Assembly: GCA_963663965.2 (NCBI GenBank)
Contig: CAXXFK010000001.1
Span: 32,001 to 96,000 of the forward strand
Origin: Sedimentisphaerales bacterium
Lineage (GTDB): Bacteria > Planctomycetota > Phycisphaerae > Sedimentisphaerales > SM23-30
DNA length: 64,000 nt
Reading direction: 5' to 3'
Position 1 is the first letter of the stretch. Each line of letters opens with the position of its first letter. The position numbers and the translations under genes were made by a program. The notes beneath the pieces were generated by a model that was not told the DNA's origin, did no database searches, and saw only the letters and a list, made by a program, of their open reading frames with translations. Shown piece after piece: positions 50,507 through 61,412 of this stretch.

Positions 50507-51325
50507 CTAAAGCGCCGGTTCGGTCGCAATGCTGCTTCCCGATGGCGTGGTACGACCTCCTAGATATAGCTGACCGGCCGGCACAATATAAAGATCCACA
50601 CGGCGATTTTCGGCAGTTCCACCTGGTTTATTGGGCACGATAGGTCGGAATTCACCAAATCCCATCACGGACATACGTTGCTCGCTCAAACCGGCTGTCG
50701 CCAGAACTTTTTCGACGGCAATGGCGCGATGAACCGAAAGATGCCAGTTAGTCGGATGCTTGGCAGCGGAATATTTGATCGGTTGATCATCTGTATGACC
50801 CACTATCAAAATATCAAAACCTTCCGCTGAGGCAGAATTCAAAATCGCGCTGAGAGCGGTAATCTGCTGTCGTGCCTTGGTTTGTACTTCATCGGAGCCA
50901 CTGGCAAATACCAGGTCGCTCTTAAAACGGACAATCCCGGTCTTTTCGTCAAACTCAACCAGATCCGATCCACTGGACTGGGCCCATTCTGCCAGTGCAT
51001 TACTCAGCGTGGTGGGCAATGCAGTGCTTCCAACCAGCCCTGACAGATGTTCCAGCTCGGCGCTTTTGGCATCGTAACCGGCTTGCAGCAATTCCAGCTT
51101 CTTACTACATCCCATTAACAACGTGTTGATATTGTCATGTTTGCTTTGCCACCGCTCCGCTTCGAGCCGATACCCTTCGCTCTGGTTTTTCATTTCGTCC
51201 AGACGCGCGTTGACGATCTCATTCTGGCGCCGACACTTATCGTATTGAGATTGGGTGACACACCCACCGGCCAATAAACTCATACCCACCAACAGAAGAA
51301 CACAGATAATCATTCCGCGTCTCAT
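50507..51325 (-). CDS. OmpA/MotB family lipoprotein
   Basis: Lipobox-like AGGC, coiled coil, F.SGS, GHTD..P, NW.LS..RA, NRRV. Confidence 0.9.
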   Translation of the reverse strand: MRRGMIICVLLLVGMSLLAGGCVTQSQYDKCRRQNEIVNARLDEMKNQSEGYRLEAERWQSKHDNINTLLMGCSKKLELLQAGYDAKSAELEHLSGLVGSTALPTTLSNALAEWAQSSGSDLVEFDEKTGIVRFKSDLVFASGSDEVQTKARQQITALSAILNSASAEGFDILIVGHTDDQPIKYSAAKHPTNWHLSVHRAIAVEKVLATAGLSEQRMSVMGFGEFRPIVPNKPGGTAENRRVDLYIVPAGQLYLGGRTTPSGSSIATEPAL

Positions 51326-51417
51326 TGTTATTTGCTCCTTTCGCGCATGACTATTTATAAATAAGGGACAGGGACGGCAGCAACCGTCCCCGATTTTGAA
51401 CGAAATTATCTTCGAAA

Positions 51418-52569
51418 TTATTTCTTGGCTTTTTTGACTTTCTTTTCTTTTACCGGCTTGGCCTTTTTCGTAGGCTTCGCTTTGCTCTTTGCTCCGGCAG
51501 GCTGCGGACTGCGGTGGGTAATAGCCAATCCGATCGCTAATACCAGGACCGTCAATACCCCTGCGCCTCCCGTAACAAACCATATCTTGCTGTTGATCGT
51601 CTTGATCAAAGAGGGCTGAATATCCAGTACACCGGCAATCATGACCATAGCGGCGTAAATAAGCATGATAAACGGTACGATCATGGCCGCACCAAACACG
51701 GCGCTGCTGTCATCGTAAACACGTACGACACGGACAGTCTCGGCCGGGCCGGCAGTGCTCGCGGCAACCAGAACTGATTGATCGGAGGATGTTACACTTT
51801 CAGATGTTTCAGTGCCGGTAGTCGTCTGCACTTCAAGACGGGATGGCTTGGGCTCTGACAGATCTTCGCCCGGCTCCGGATAGATTTCATCAAGCAGTTC
51901 AGCGCCCAGACTGGTATCATCGGCTTCCCGTGACAGGTCAAGCAACCCGCTGCCGCTGCCGCCGCCATCCAGATTGAGTTCATCGGCAAAATCCGGCTCT
52001 GGCATATCCCCGCCTACCAGTGGATCGCTCATCACCGCGCTGCCTGACTCGGAACTGGCTACTGATTCTTCGCCATGACTGGTAACAACCGTATCATCTT
52101 TCCCTTTTGAAAGTGCCGAATGATCATCCAGACTAACCTGGTCAGCGGTGTCCCCTGGCGCCAGACCAATGATCGAACCGGTTTCGGATGGGGCCAGACC
52201 AATGGCCGACCCGGTTTCTAGAGACATATCCTCAGCGGACAGGCTCATGTCCTGACCATCAGGTGACAATCCCAGTTGTGATCCTGTATCCATTGACGCC
52301 AGACCAATCTGAGAACCGGAATCTCCGGATAATCCTAATCCGGGTGAAGTCCCATCGAGGTTCAATTCTCCGCTGGCTCCCAGATCATCCGTGGGCGACA
52401 AATCCAGATCATCCACAGCCAGATTATCTACCTCATCAACTTTGAACATCAGCTTGTTGCCATCTCGAAACTCGCGTAACTTGCCATCCAGGACCATTTC
52501 TTTCACTTGGTCCTCAGTTTTCCCGAGCTTTTCAAGGACTTCTTCTTTGGTATAAAACATCTTAGCCAT
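51418..52569 (-). CDS. planctomycete-type protein: N-terminal HTH, long acidic linker, two C-terminal TM helices
   Basis: MFY...E....LG, LREFRDG....FK, GSGLLDLSRE.DDTSLGAELLDEI. Confidence 0.75.
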   Translation of the reverse strand: MAKMFYTKEEVLEKLGKTEDQVKEMVLDGKLREFRDGNKLMFKVDEVDNLAVDDLDLSPTDDLGASGELNLDGTSPGLGLSGDSGSQIGLASMDTGSQLGLSPDGQDMSLSAEDMSLETGSAIGLAPSETGSIIGLAPGDTADQVSLDDHSALSKGKDDTVVTSHGEESVASSESGSAVMSDPLVGGDMPEPDFADELNLDGGGSGSGLLDLSREADDTSLGAELLDEIYPEPGEDLSEPKPSRLEVQTTTGTETSESVTSSDQSVLVAASTAGPAETVRVVRVYDDSSAVFGAAMIVPFIMLIYAAMVMIAGVLDIQPSLIKTINSKIWFVTGGAGVLTVLVLAIGLAITHRSPQPAGAKSKAKPTKKAKPVKEKKVKKAKK

Positions 52570-52739
52570 GTCGTCGATCTCCAGTATTGAAAACACCCTT
52601 CGCTACGAAAGGTCATGCAGGGTTGGATTATAGCAGGAAAAAATGGGAAAACGCTAACTAAAATTTTTGTTTTAGCAAAAAGAACTTTGGTTTCTTAAGA
52701 TTTCTGGAATCGCCTCATTATCGGACTGAGGTCTGGATG

Positions 52740-53150
52740 CTATTGCTTCGTAACTTCCTCCTGAACCGCTTCTGCTGCCGATGATTGCTTCAGAATATTC
52801 CTGATATCTGTCGGGGTCGGTTCGGCACAGTTAAATTCATTCAAATCAAGATCTTGAGAATAGTTACGGGCCGCAACCAGTTGCAAACGAACATTTTGTG
52901 GCTTATAAACATTATAGGAGTATACACACATTGTCGATTTTTGCTTGTCAATCAAAACAAAACAGGATTGACCCTGTTCGCTAAACAACGGCATTGCAAT
53001 GAGTTGCGATTCTTCAGCGATTGCCTTTGGCATTGCGGTTACTACCTGGGCATTTGTACCCCGGTCGATCAATACCACCCCGATTCCCACTGCCAGACAT
53101 ATTGTCAAAAACCAGAAAGTATTTCGGGATAGATGTGCTACGGTAGGCAT
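52740..53150 (-). CDS. hypothetical membrane-anchored protein
   Basis: GGGAG RBS, N-terminal hydrophobic helix, L.LVAAR...DL motif. Confidence 0.65.
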   Translation of the reverse strand: MPTVAHLSRNTFWFLTICLAVGIGVVLIDRGTNAQVVTAMPKAIAEESQLIAMPLFSEQGQSCFVLIDKQKSTMCVYSYNVYKPQNVRLQLVAARNYSQDLDLNEFNCAEPTPTDIRNILKQSSAAEAVQEEVTKQ

Positions 53151-53268
53151 AACTATAACTCCCTGTTATAAAAAAAGTTAATTTGAGGTTTGACAAAACG
53201 GGGCGGCTCTATTTTTATTATACCATAATCTTGTCACTTGTAAAGCATTGAAAGCAATCAAACTGTAT

Positions 53269-54234
53269 ATGGCCAGAATGAGCGAACATTATCAATTTCA
53301 GTCAGCCCTGATTATTCAACCGGGTGCACTGGGTGACACCCTGTTGACTCTTACTGTGGCTGATTATTTACGCCGTATGGTTCGTTGCCGCAGTATAGAT
53401 TTAATGGGACACCTCGATTATTGCAGTATTTTACCCGGAAGATCTGATATTCGACGTGTTATTTCCATTGACAGCCTGTCACTGTCCTGTTTTTTCCAAA
53501 ATCCTAAAGACTTTGATCCTGATACGCTCGAACTGCGTCTCTGGCATGAATACGACATCATCATCACTTTTTTAAATGACTCGAATCGTTATTTTGTAAA
53601 AAACCTGATGCGAGTTCAACCGGAATGCAAAGTTTTTGCTGTCGATTTACACCCTCCCAAAAATTATCAAAGTTTGATTGGCAATTATTTTATTGATCAG
53701 GTAGGTAAAGAACTGCGCATAAAATTCTTCAACGATCCGTGGCGCACGATGAGAATTTATCTCCTGGCCAGCGGCAAAGACCGAACCCGTGGCAGGGAGA
53801 TTCTGAAACAGCACGGGTTAAATACTGATGATACCAGTAATCCGATCACTTTGATCCATCCCGGCAGTGGCGGCGAGGAAAAATGCTGGACTTTGTCCCG
53901 GTACATTGATTTGGCTAAAAATTTAATGAATAACCAGCAACAGGTTGCATTTCTGTTAGGACCGGCTGAATTGGAACGTTGGGACAAAAACAATATAACC
54001 ATAATAAAATCAATCACTTATGCCCTTGATACCCTCTCCCTGGAAAACGTTCTGTGCGTTCTGGCAGCCGCCCGGGAATTCATTGGTAACGACAGTGGAA
54101 TCGCCCATCTCGCAGGGATGATGGGAGTAAGATCACATATAATTTTTGGACCAACCAATCCAGCTATTTGGAGACCACTGGGGCCTCGTGTTCGAACATC
54201 GGGAGGCAACGGTATTTGGCCTGAAAAACTCTAA
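53269..54234 (+). CDS. glycosyltransferase family 9 (heptosyltransferase-like)
   Basis: PGALGD, IHPGSG...K.W, GPAE, GNDSG..HLA, FGPT.P..W.P. Confidence 0.9.
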   Translation: MARMSEHYQFQSALIIQPGALGDTLLTLTVADYLRRMVRCRSIDLMGHLDYCSILPGRSDIRRVISIDSLSLSCFFQNPKDFDPDTLELRLWHEYDIIITFLNDSNRYFVKNLMRVQPECKVFAVDLHPPKNYQSLIGNYFIDQVGKELRIKFFNDPWRTMRIYLLASGKDRTRGREILKQHGLNTDDTSNPITLIHPGSGGEEKCWTLSRYIDLAKNLMNNQQQVAFLLGPAELERWDKNNITIIKSITYALDTLSLENVLCVLAAAREFIGNDSGIAHLAGMMGVRSHIIFGPTNPAIWRPLGPRVRTSGGNGIWPEKL

Positions 54235-54437
54235 ACTTCACTGGAATTTAAGGTTAAGGACATCCGCCCATTGCTTTACAGGTAAAAGCGAAGATCGTTT
54301 TTCTCTGGCAAAGTTTAAAAAACCGGGCATATTTGTCAATATTCACGGTTTTTTGTGGCGCAGTTCAGGGGAAAATACTTGTTACGTGGCATGCGGTGTG
54401 TCCACTTGCAGCCCTGAATGAATTTTGAGAGACACCC

Positions 54438-54698
54438 TTATGTCTCGTTAAATTCCCCCTCTTCCCTCGCTTTTTTTCTAGCCTGACGTTCTTTCTTCAT
54501 GTCTTCATCAATCTGTGTTTCTATCTTCCTAAGCTGTTTTTCTGTCGTATTGATAAATGATTCGATTTGCTTGGTTAATTCCGAATCGGCGAGATAATCC
54601 CCATAAACCAATTGGTAATTCTTGAGAAATTTCCACATTAGCGATGCTTTTGACTGTAATAACTCATTTCTTAATTTCTTCATCAAGGTGCTTTTCAT
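54438..54698 (-). CDS. hypothetical coiled-coil protein
   Basis: GGAG RBS; 86-aa charged helical ORF. Confidence 0.55.
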   Translation of the reverse strand: MKSTLMKKLRNELLQSKASLMWKFLKNYQLVYGDYLADSELTKQIESFINTTEKQLRKIETQIDEDMKKERQARKKAREEGEFNET

Positions 54699-55236
54699 GA
54701 GGGCTCTCCAGCAGGGTCTGATTATGCCTTATCTACCAAAACAAAATTACCCCTTATAATCCTCTAATTTAATTAACCTCGTATCATAGTAACAACTGAT
54801 ACTGATTTATCCATATAAATTTACATTATTTGCAATTAACATAAATCTTGTTTTATTGCAATACATCATCACCTATTTAATCCGGACCCTCTATTTTCAC
54901 AATATTCGTATAACCTGTTAATTATATTAACGTTATAACCCTTTTTCTACACCTGTGACAAATTTAATCAATTCCCTTTCCAAAACAAATTAAATTTTTT
55001 CCAGGGATTTTATGACGCTTGGTGCGGAAATCTGCGAAAAATTTGTGCGATTTTGGATTTACGCCAACCGGTTAAACTACAATCTAATGAAGTTGAATTT
55101 GGCGCTGCCTGATATTTATACCGCTTACGATTGAAAATGCCCGCTGGGCCGCGAAATAAGTCTTTTACAAGTAATTAGTTATGTTGCGAGCGATCAGGAA
55201 TTTTCATACCCATTGGGTATTGAAGGAAATTTAGCG

Positions 55237-56238
55237 ATGAAAAATGTATCTGTTCTTGCCGGATTGATATTGGCAACTTATCTGGTGGGGTGCGTACCGT
55301 CTCTTCGTGGGATAAGCGATAAAGAAACGGTTGTCTTTGAAAAATCACTGATTGGCATCTGGCTAAACGGAGATAACAAAGACCGATGGGAATTCATTCA
55401 GCATCCCAATGAAAGTAATAAATACGGAGTGATTTACTATGAGGGAAAAACCTCTAAATCGGGCTACTTTATCGGTGCGCTGAATCGGTTAAACGGTGAA
55501 TTATACCTCGATATCTCGCCCGAATTCGATGAAGAACAGGCCAATTCCTTCTACTGGTTTCATGCCTGGCCAATGCACACCTTTATTCACATCAAACTTG
55601 ACAATACTCTTCTCCAGATGCGTATGATGAATCCTGACGCATTGGATAAATTACTGGAAGCCAACCCGCAACTGATTAAACATGAAAAGATCGATGACCG
55701 TATCATATTAACTGATTCAAGCGAGAACCTGCGAAAATTAATTACGGACAACTTCCAGACGGATGATTTTTTCGGCGACCCCATGGAATTAAAACGAAAG
55801 GATCCTGAAATGATGATTAATATTGGAGAACCGGCCCCGGATTTCAACATCCCCGATCAGAATGGCAACTCGGTATCGCTCCGTTCCTTCAAAGGGAAAA
55901 AGAACGTTGTTCTGATATTTTATCCTGGCGATAACACGCCCGGCTGCACGAAACAACTTTGTGCCGTACGGGATGATTACAGCGATTTTGAAAAAGCCGG
56001 CGTGGCCTTCTTTGGCGTGAATCCTCAAAGCGCCGAATCTCATCAGAATTTTATCGATAAATACAGCTTTCAATTCCCCATTTTGGTTGACACGGATCGT
56101 ACGGTTATCAACGCCTATGGGTGCGCCAAAGGCAATTCAACCCAGCGAACTGTGTATGCCATTAACAAGAATGGAATCGTTGTTTATGCCAAACAGGGCA
56201 TGCCCGCTAACAGTGAAATTCTTTCAGCTTTCGAGTAA
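55237..56238 (+). CDS. lipoprotein fused to a BCP/PrxQ-type peroxiredoxin
   Basis: Lipobox LVGC; C-terminal G..APDF, FYP.D.TPGCTKQLC, R motifs. Confidence 0.85.
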   Translation: MKNVSVLAGLILATYLVGCVPSLRGISDKETVVFEKSLIGIWLNGDNKDRWEFIQHPNESNKYGVIYYEGKTSKSGYFIGALNRLNGELYLDISPEFDEEQANSFYWFHAWPMHTFIHIKLDNTLLQMRMMNPDALDKLLEANPQLIKHEKIDDRIILTDSSENLRKLITDNFQTDDFFGDPMELKRKDPEMMINIGEPAPDFNIPDQNGNSVSLRSFKGKKNVVLIFYPGDNTPGCTKQLCAVRDDYSDFEKAGVAFFGVNPQSAESHQNFIDKYSFQFPILVDTDRTVINAYGCAKGNSTQRTVYAINKNGIVVYAKQGMPANSEILSAFE

Positions 56239-56364
56239 AAGGATTAAAAACTAGACACTTAAATTGTTTAAGATTCACTAACTGAGTTCGATTTTGAACC
56301 ACGCTGTCTTTCACGGACAGCGCGGTTTTTCTCTTTACAAACCGGTATCACCCTTTTGCGCCGG

Positions 56365-56838
56365 TCAGTCCTGGCGGAATTTTTCCATAAATACCAGATG
56401 TATATGATCCCGGGCATCTTCACTACGATAAATCGCATATCCCAGTCGTTGATAAAGCGAAATATTGTCTGTGCTCTTATGCCCGGTAAATAACTCAAAA
56501 CGGGTCGCTTCCGGCAGTCGCGATTCAACCTCTAGCATCAGTCTGGTCCCTAAACCCCGGCAACGGTAATCCGGATGGACAATTAACCGCCCGACCTTCG
56601 CCTGATGCTGTTGCTGCCGGGCACAGACCGAACCAATAATTCGGTCCTTATCCAGCGCTTTTAACACCAACCGGTCATTAAATTGACCTCGCCATTGCTC
56701 GACGGTCTCTACCAGGGGAGGCAAAGTCCAGCAGTTGTAGATAAGGGCCTGCTTTTCGAAAGCCTGTTTTTGCAGAGCAAGTATCTCTTCCGCATCTTCA
56801 ATAACGGCACAAACAATGGGATAATCCGTTTCTGTCAT
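56365..56838 (-). CDS. GNAT family acetyltransferase
   Basis: RLIVHPDYR.RGLG, LFTG..S..N..LY..LGY. Confidence 0.92.
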   Translation of the reverse strand: MTETDYPIVCAVIEDAEEILALQKQAFEKQALIYNCWTLPPLVETVEQWRGQFNDRLVLKALDKDRIIGSVCARQQQHQAKVGRLIVHPDYRCRGLGTRLMLEVESRLPEATRFELFTGHKSTDNISLYQRLGYAIYRSEDARDHIHLVFMEKFRQD

Positions 56839-56867
56839 TCCTGCATGTCCTCCTCAGAATTGAATTT

Positions 56868-57662
56868 TTATCGGGAGATGAGCAAACGTTCCGCGTTACG
56901 ACCAAGGATCTTCGACTCAAGTTCTGCGGGTAATTTGAGAGCATGTAACTCTGTAATCGAGGCCCCCTGGTCGGCCCAGGGCGAATCAGTTCCAAACAGA
57001 ATATAGTCGGCTGGATGTCGCAGCAGGAAATCGCGTGCCCGTTCCGGCCCGATCCAGCTTATCGCAAAGGATATATCCGTATAGATCGGCCGGCCAATCA
57101 TATGATTTTCTACTTCATCCCAGTCCATCCAGGCCCCCAGATGCGAACACACCAGTTTAAGCTCAGGAAACCGGTCCATGACGCTGACTATTCTTACGGG
57201 ATCACAAACCCGGTCACGCGGATAGGCCACATCAAAACCGGTATGACTGAGTAATATCAAACCCAGTTCCTCTAAAAGCGCGTAAAAAGGCAACATACGC
57301 TCTTCATCAAACAGATACCCCTGGTAATAAGGATGCATCTTGAGCCCCTTTAACCCGGCCGCATGGATCGCCCGGACATGCTCCAGAATATCCGGATCTT
57401 CCGGATGAACCGAAGCCAGCGGCACGATCCGATCCGAAGCAATCTGGCCGCACCAGTTCAGAATCGGCTCAAACTGGCTCGGCTTGGTAGCAATCGAAGC
57501 AACCACCGATCGATCAACCCCATTACAATCCATCGACCGCAACAGATCAGTCAATGTCCCATCCAGCACAGCCTTCCAATCCGCCTCCTTTTCCAGCACC
57601 GGCACCGCTTTAGGAGCAATATGATCCGGAAACGCATGAGTATGAAAATCGATTATGGGCAT
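56868..57662 (-). CDS. amidohydrolase family protein
   Basis: IIDFHTH, GLKMHP, HTG, HLG, LFGTDSPW. Confidence 0.92.
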   Translation of the reverse strand: MPIIDFHTHAFPDHIAPKAVPVLEKEADWKAVLDGTLTDLLRSMDCNGVDRSVVASIATKPSQFEPILNWCGQIASDRIVPLASVHPEDPDILEHVRAIHAAGLKGLKMHPYYQGYLFDEERMLPFYALLEELGLILLSHTGFDVAYPRDRVCDPVRIVSVMDRFPELKLVCSHLGAWMDWDEVENHMIGRPIYTDISFAISWIGPERARDFLLRHPADYILFGTDSPWADQGASITELHALKLPAELESKILGRNAERLLISR

Positions 57663-58021
57663 TGATATCTCGCTTTCATCAAATCATTTTAGTCTGGGAT
57701 TTTATTATGTCATAGGGTCTAAATAAAGTGAATACTTGTCAATTATAAGAGCCTGATATCTGCCTGACAAGATAATGTACGCCTCTAACCGCAACCCCTC
57801 TTATCTATATTTACTATATTACCATCATTGAAAAATAATTTTATGACGAGTTGAGATAAAAAAAGTAATCAAGTAATAAAAAATTGTAATCTCCTACAAT
57901 CGCTTTATAAACTGGCCACATATTTCCAAATATAACTTCTTTTGAAATAACATCTTAAAAAGATTAACACTTTCCGACGCGGCGTTAATTAAAATAAAAA
58001 TGTATTCTGATAAAAATCTAA

Positions 58022-58051
58022 TTGACTCCTTGTTCGCAAAAATGATAAAAT
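58022..58051 (+). promoter_or_regulatory. putative sigma70 promoter of the sorting-tail array
   Basis: TTGACT-N18-TAAAAT with TG extension. Confidence 0.45.
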
Positions 58052-58262
58052 CAACTATAAATAATCAGGAACTGGAAAATGTGAACACTTTAAGCAGGAG
58101 AGAAAACTCAAAGTCGGATCACCTCTTCCAGGGTATAACTGTATTTGTTTCATATAATTATTTCCGACCCGTCGGCACGGTGTCGCCGGGTGCGTAATAC
58201 ATCAAGACTTTTTCCTTGTGGATAGAACTGAAAAAAGAGTGATATACTCTGAAAGGCAGAAA

Positions 58263-59006
58263 ATGATGAAGAATTTATTAGCGGCGATCCTCGTATTTGC
58301 TATTGCCACATCCGCCATGGCAACAATATCATATGACCAGAATGTAACCAATAATGTTATTATGGGCACTGGAATTGGCAATGGTGCTTTCACGGTTGAT
58401 CGGGCAAATGGCGTCGAACTTGGCCTGAGAGCCAAATTGCGTCACGATGCAAGTGGTAACCCACAACCGATATACAATAGTGACGGCATTGGTAACTACT
58501 ATTTTGATCCGGGAGTTGCCCCAACCCAATCCTGGCCAACCGCAGAATGGTCATATGAATGGTCTATTAATACCAACTATGAAGGGATTGCTAATGGATA
58601 TGTTTTAAGCGATCTGACTTATTCTCTTAGTATGACTTCAACGACTGGCGCCTACCTGACGGCTCGTGACATTATTTGGAATGGTGGAGACCATGCTTTT
58701 GGAGATAATTCCACCGCTCAAAGCGCTGGCGTTAAAGCGACTTCTGCAGATAATTATCTTGAGCTGATTTCAAGCAAAAATATTGCCCAGAATTCCTGGA
58801 AGCCTCAGTGGGAAGGTGCGGTAGGCTTTGATCCTTTAGACGAAGGAATTTATACTTATGTCCTCAGCGCATATGATGGAGGCAATTTAATTGCATTAAC
58901 AAGCATAGATGTTATCGTCGGCAATCCGGCTGTGCCGGCACCCGGCGCACTGCTTCTAGGCAGCCTGGGCACTGGCCTGATCGGCTGGATCCGCCGTCGC
59001 AAATAA
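58263..59006 (+). CDS. secreted PEP-CTERM-like (VPAPG) protein 1
   Basis: Signal peptide; C-terminus VPAPGALLLGSLGTGLIGWIRRRK. Confidence 0.9.
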   Translation: MMKNLLAAILVFAIATSAMATISYDQNVTNNVIMGTGIGNGAFTVDRANGVELGLRAKLRHDASGNPQPIYNSDGIGNYYFDPGVAPTQSWPTAEWSYEWSINTNYEGIANGYVLSDLTYSLSMTSTTGAYLTARDIIWNGGDHAFGDNSTAQSAGVKATSADNYLELISSKNIAQNSWKPQWEGAVGFDPLDEGIYTYVLSAYDGGNLIALTSIDVIVGNPAVPAPGALLLGSLGTGLIGWIRRRK

Positions 59007-59028
59007 ATGTTGATTATATTGTTTTGTA

Positions 59029-59058
59029 AACCGGTTGCCTTATCAAAGGCAACCGGTT
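59029..59058 (+). terminator. stem-loop after array gene 1
   Basis: AACCGGTTGCCTT-ATCA-AAGGCAACCGGTT. Confidence 0.7.
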
Positions 59059-59149
59059 CTTCTGGTCTTACTGGTATAAATTGAATATGTAATCAATCCG
59101 GTAAGTAAAGTATTGACCGGTTTGATATGTCTAACACAAGGAGAACATC

Positions 59150-59998
59150 ATGAAAAAATTATTTTGGGGCCTAGCCATTGGCATTGTCGCACAATGCTGT
59201 ATTATTGATGCGGCACAGACAATCACTACTCTTGATAAAACCCAGGGATGGTATTTGTCCGATGTCAGAAACAATGGAACGGCTACGATTGTCGATTTAA
59301 CGGGGCTTGGTGGCACATTGGAAAACGACCAACCCCTGCCTACCGGCGCGGTCAAACTCACTACCGAATTTGATAATGCCGATAAGGCAGAAATCGGTAT
59401 CGATGGCAACTTTGGCCTTGCCTCAACCACCTTAAACAGCATCCAACTTGGCTATAGTTATTATAAACAAAGTGTGTCGGGTGCAAATATGACCGCCGCA
59501 CCTTCAATCAAACTCGCAATTGGAGCAGCCAATCACAGTTCATCTAATGACAATTATGGCTTTTTAGTTTACGAACCGTCTTGGAATCTATCCAGTGCAG
59601 GCAGTACGAATCCCCCCGTAGATGCCTGGCAAACTGTCAATATCGACAGTACAACAGGCTCTGGCTCTAATGCTGTAGGCGGCTGGTGGTGGAGTGGCGG
59701 TTTTGAAATCGGCAACAGCGGTGGTGGCCCACCTCTTCGTTCGCTGTCTGAATGGGCCGCTGCATTTCAGGCTTCAGATGCTACTGATTTTGCCAATGCT
59801 TATATCATTGGTCTGTCAATCGGTGTTGGAAGCTATAATCAAGGCCAGATAGGTTATTTTGATAATGTATCTATCAGCGGCACATTGCTTGATGAAATAT
59901 ATGATTTCGAAGCTCCTGCCGCCGTCCCCGCCCCCGGCGCTCTGCTTCTCGGCAGCTTAGGCACCGGCCTGGTTGGCTGGATCCGCCGTCGTAAATAA
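59150..59998 (+). CDS. secreted PEP-CTERM-like (VPAPG) protein 2
   Basis: AAGGAG RBS, signal peptide, VPAPG tail. Confidence 0.9.
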   Translation: MKKLFWGLAIGIVAQCCIIDAAQTITTLDKTQGWYLSDVRNNGTATIVDLTGLGGTLENDQPLPTGAVKLTTEFDNADKAEIGIDGNFGLASTTLNSIQLGYSYYKQSVSGANMTAAPSIKLAIGAANHSSSNDNYGFLVYEPSWNLSSAGSTNPPVDAWQTVNIDSTTGSGSNAVGGWWWSGGFEIGNSGGGPPLRSLSEWAAAFQASDATDFANAYIIGLSIGVGSYNQGQIGYFDNVSISGTLLDEIYDFEAPAAVPAPGALLLGSLGTGLVGWIRRRK

Positions 59999-60016
59999 AA
60001 ATTAAACTGTTTTATA

Positions 60017-60045
60017 AACCGGTTGTCTCATATAGACAACCGGTT
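60017..60045 (+). terminator. stem-loop after array gene 2
   Basis: AACCGGTTGTCT-CATAT-AGACAACCGGTT. Confidence 0.7.
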
Positions 60046-60131
60046 CTTCTGGATCTTATAGAAATTGCAAAAATTCCGACAGTATCGTACTGACCGGTTT
60101 ATTTCGAAAGGCTTTAATAAGGAGAAGACTC

Positions 60132-60941
60132 ATGATCAAAAAATTACTGACCTTGGTTTTGGTTGGCTGCTTGATGAGCGCTGCGTATGCGAGTTATCAA
60201 GTTGGCTTTGATTTTGAAGCGGGCTGGTCTGGCGATTATGCCCCGGGCTGGATCAACGCGGCCTATCGTCATGGCGATGCCCCTATTGGCAAAATGATGC
60301 AGCAGACCGCCCTGGCGCATAGCGGCGCCTTCGGCATGCAGTTGACCGCCGATAGCACGCCAAAGGATTCGATGTGGTGGGCTGGCGTAGAACCTGCAAA
60401 CGTTGACAGCTATGCGATGCAGAAACAATTTAATCCCTGGTTCAGCGCCTGGTATTACGATGACCAGATTGCTGATCGAACGGGACAGATTTATGCCGTA
60501 CCTTCCTGGGTTAATGGCTATCTTGCTGGCAACGAAGACTGGACCGATACACAATTCGGGGCTCGATTTAATCAGCCTACTACTGGCAATTACTATTATG
60601 TAGCCGTTGGCGAAAATCACCCTGGCTGGCAAGATACTGGCGTTGCCAGATCAACCGGATGGCATCAACTCAAAATGCAATTGAGCAGTGCCGATGGAAC
60701 GATCCATTATTATATTGATGGGGTTGAAGTAGGCCAGTCCTACCGTAATGATTATGAAGATTTGGTCACCTTAGGTTTGTATACCATGTTTACAGCTCCC
60801 CTTTCTGATTGGGGAACCGATAAGCCTTACACGATTTGGGATGATGTAGAATTTGGTTCAAGCTATGTCCCCGCCCCCGGCGCACTGCTTCTCGGCAGCC
60901 TGGGCACTGCCCTGATCGGCTGGATCCGCCGCCGCAAATAA
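60132..60941 (+). CDS. secreted PEP-CTERM-like (VPAPG) protein 3, concanavalin/LamG-like body
   Basis: AAGGAG RBS, signal peptide, GWH.L....YIDG motif, VPAPG tail. Confidence 0.9.
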   Translation: MIKKLLTLVLVGCLMSAAYASYQVGFDFEAGWSGDYAPGWINAAYRHGDAPIGKMMQQTALAHSGAFGMQLTADSTPKDSMWWAGVEPANVDSYAMQKQFNPWFSAWYYDDQIADRTGQIYAVPSWVNGYLAGNEDWTDTQFGARFNQPTTGNYYYVAVGENHPGWQDTGVARSTGWHQLKMQLSSADGTIHYYIDGVEVGQSYRNDYEDLVTLGLYTMFTAPLSDWGTDKPYTIWDDVEFGSSYVPAPGALLLGSLGTALIGWIRRRK

Positions 60942-60973
60942 TCATAAATCCTGAAATATTTTTGATTCCACTC

Positions 60974-61008
60974 AACGTCTGTCACCACCATATGACAGAC
61001 GTTTTTAT
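60974..61008 (+). terminator. intrinsic terminator after array gene 3
   Basis: AACGTCTGTCA/TGACAGACGTT followed by a T tract. Confidence 0.75.
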
Positions 61009-61412
61009 TGACAATCAAATATCAACTCTCACGTCTTCCATTTAACACAAAAAATGACAAGTACTTACAAAAAATAGCCATCAGCCTGGTTTCATGGACC
61101 AAGTCAATGTAAGCATAACTTGGTTTATCCATGATATTCTTGTTGAATTTAACCTCACGTCAGGCTATTAATTATAATATGAGATCATTGGGCCAGAGGT
61201 TCTGGAAAATGTTATAGATTAATTTACTCGGCATGCCCAGACAACTCTGTCCGGTATAACTTTTATAAAGTAAAACTTAAGTTTAATTCATCAGTATGTG
61301 TTCCTGAGTATTTCACTATGAGTGTTTAATTTTCAATTCAATCGTTAAAAATTAATAAAATATGATAATTAATGATTATTTGAAAGGAGATGAGCCTAGT
61401 GCTCTGTAAAGA

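Noticed and set aside
54700..55210. Replication origin or RNA gene in the AT-rich gap
   Set aside because: No cluster of DnaA boxes and no tRNA-like fold found by eye
20031..57957. Isolated TAA-N19-TTA dyads (20031, 54911, 57933) as further copies of the tripartite motif
   Set aside because: They lack the 12-mer, and six specified bases in AT-rich DNA can occur by chance; an enrichment test is needed
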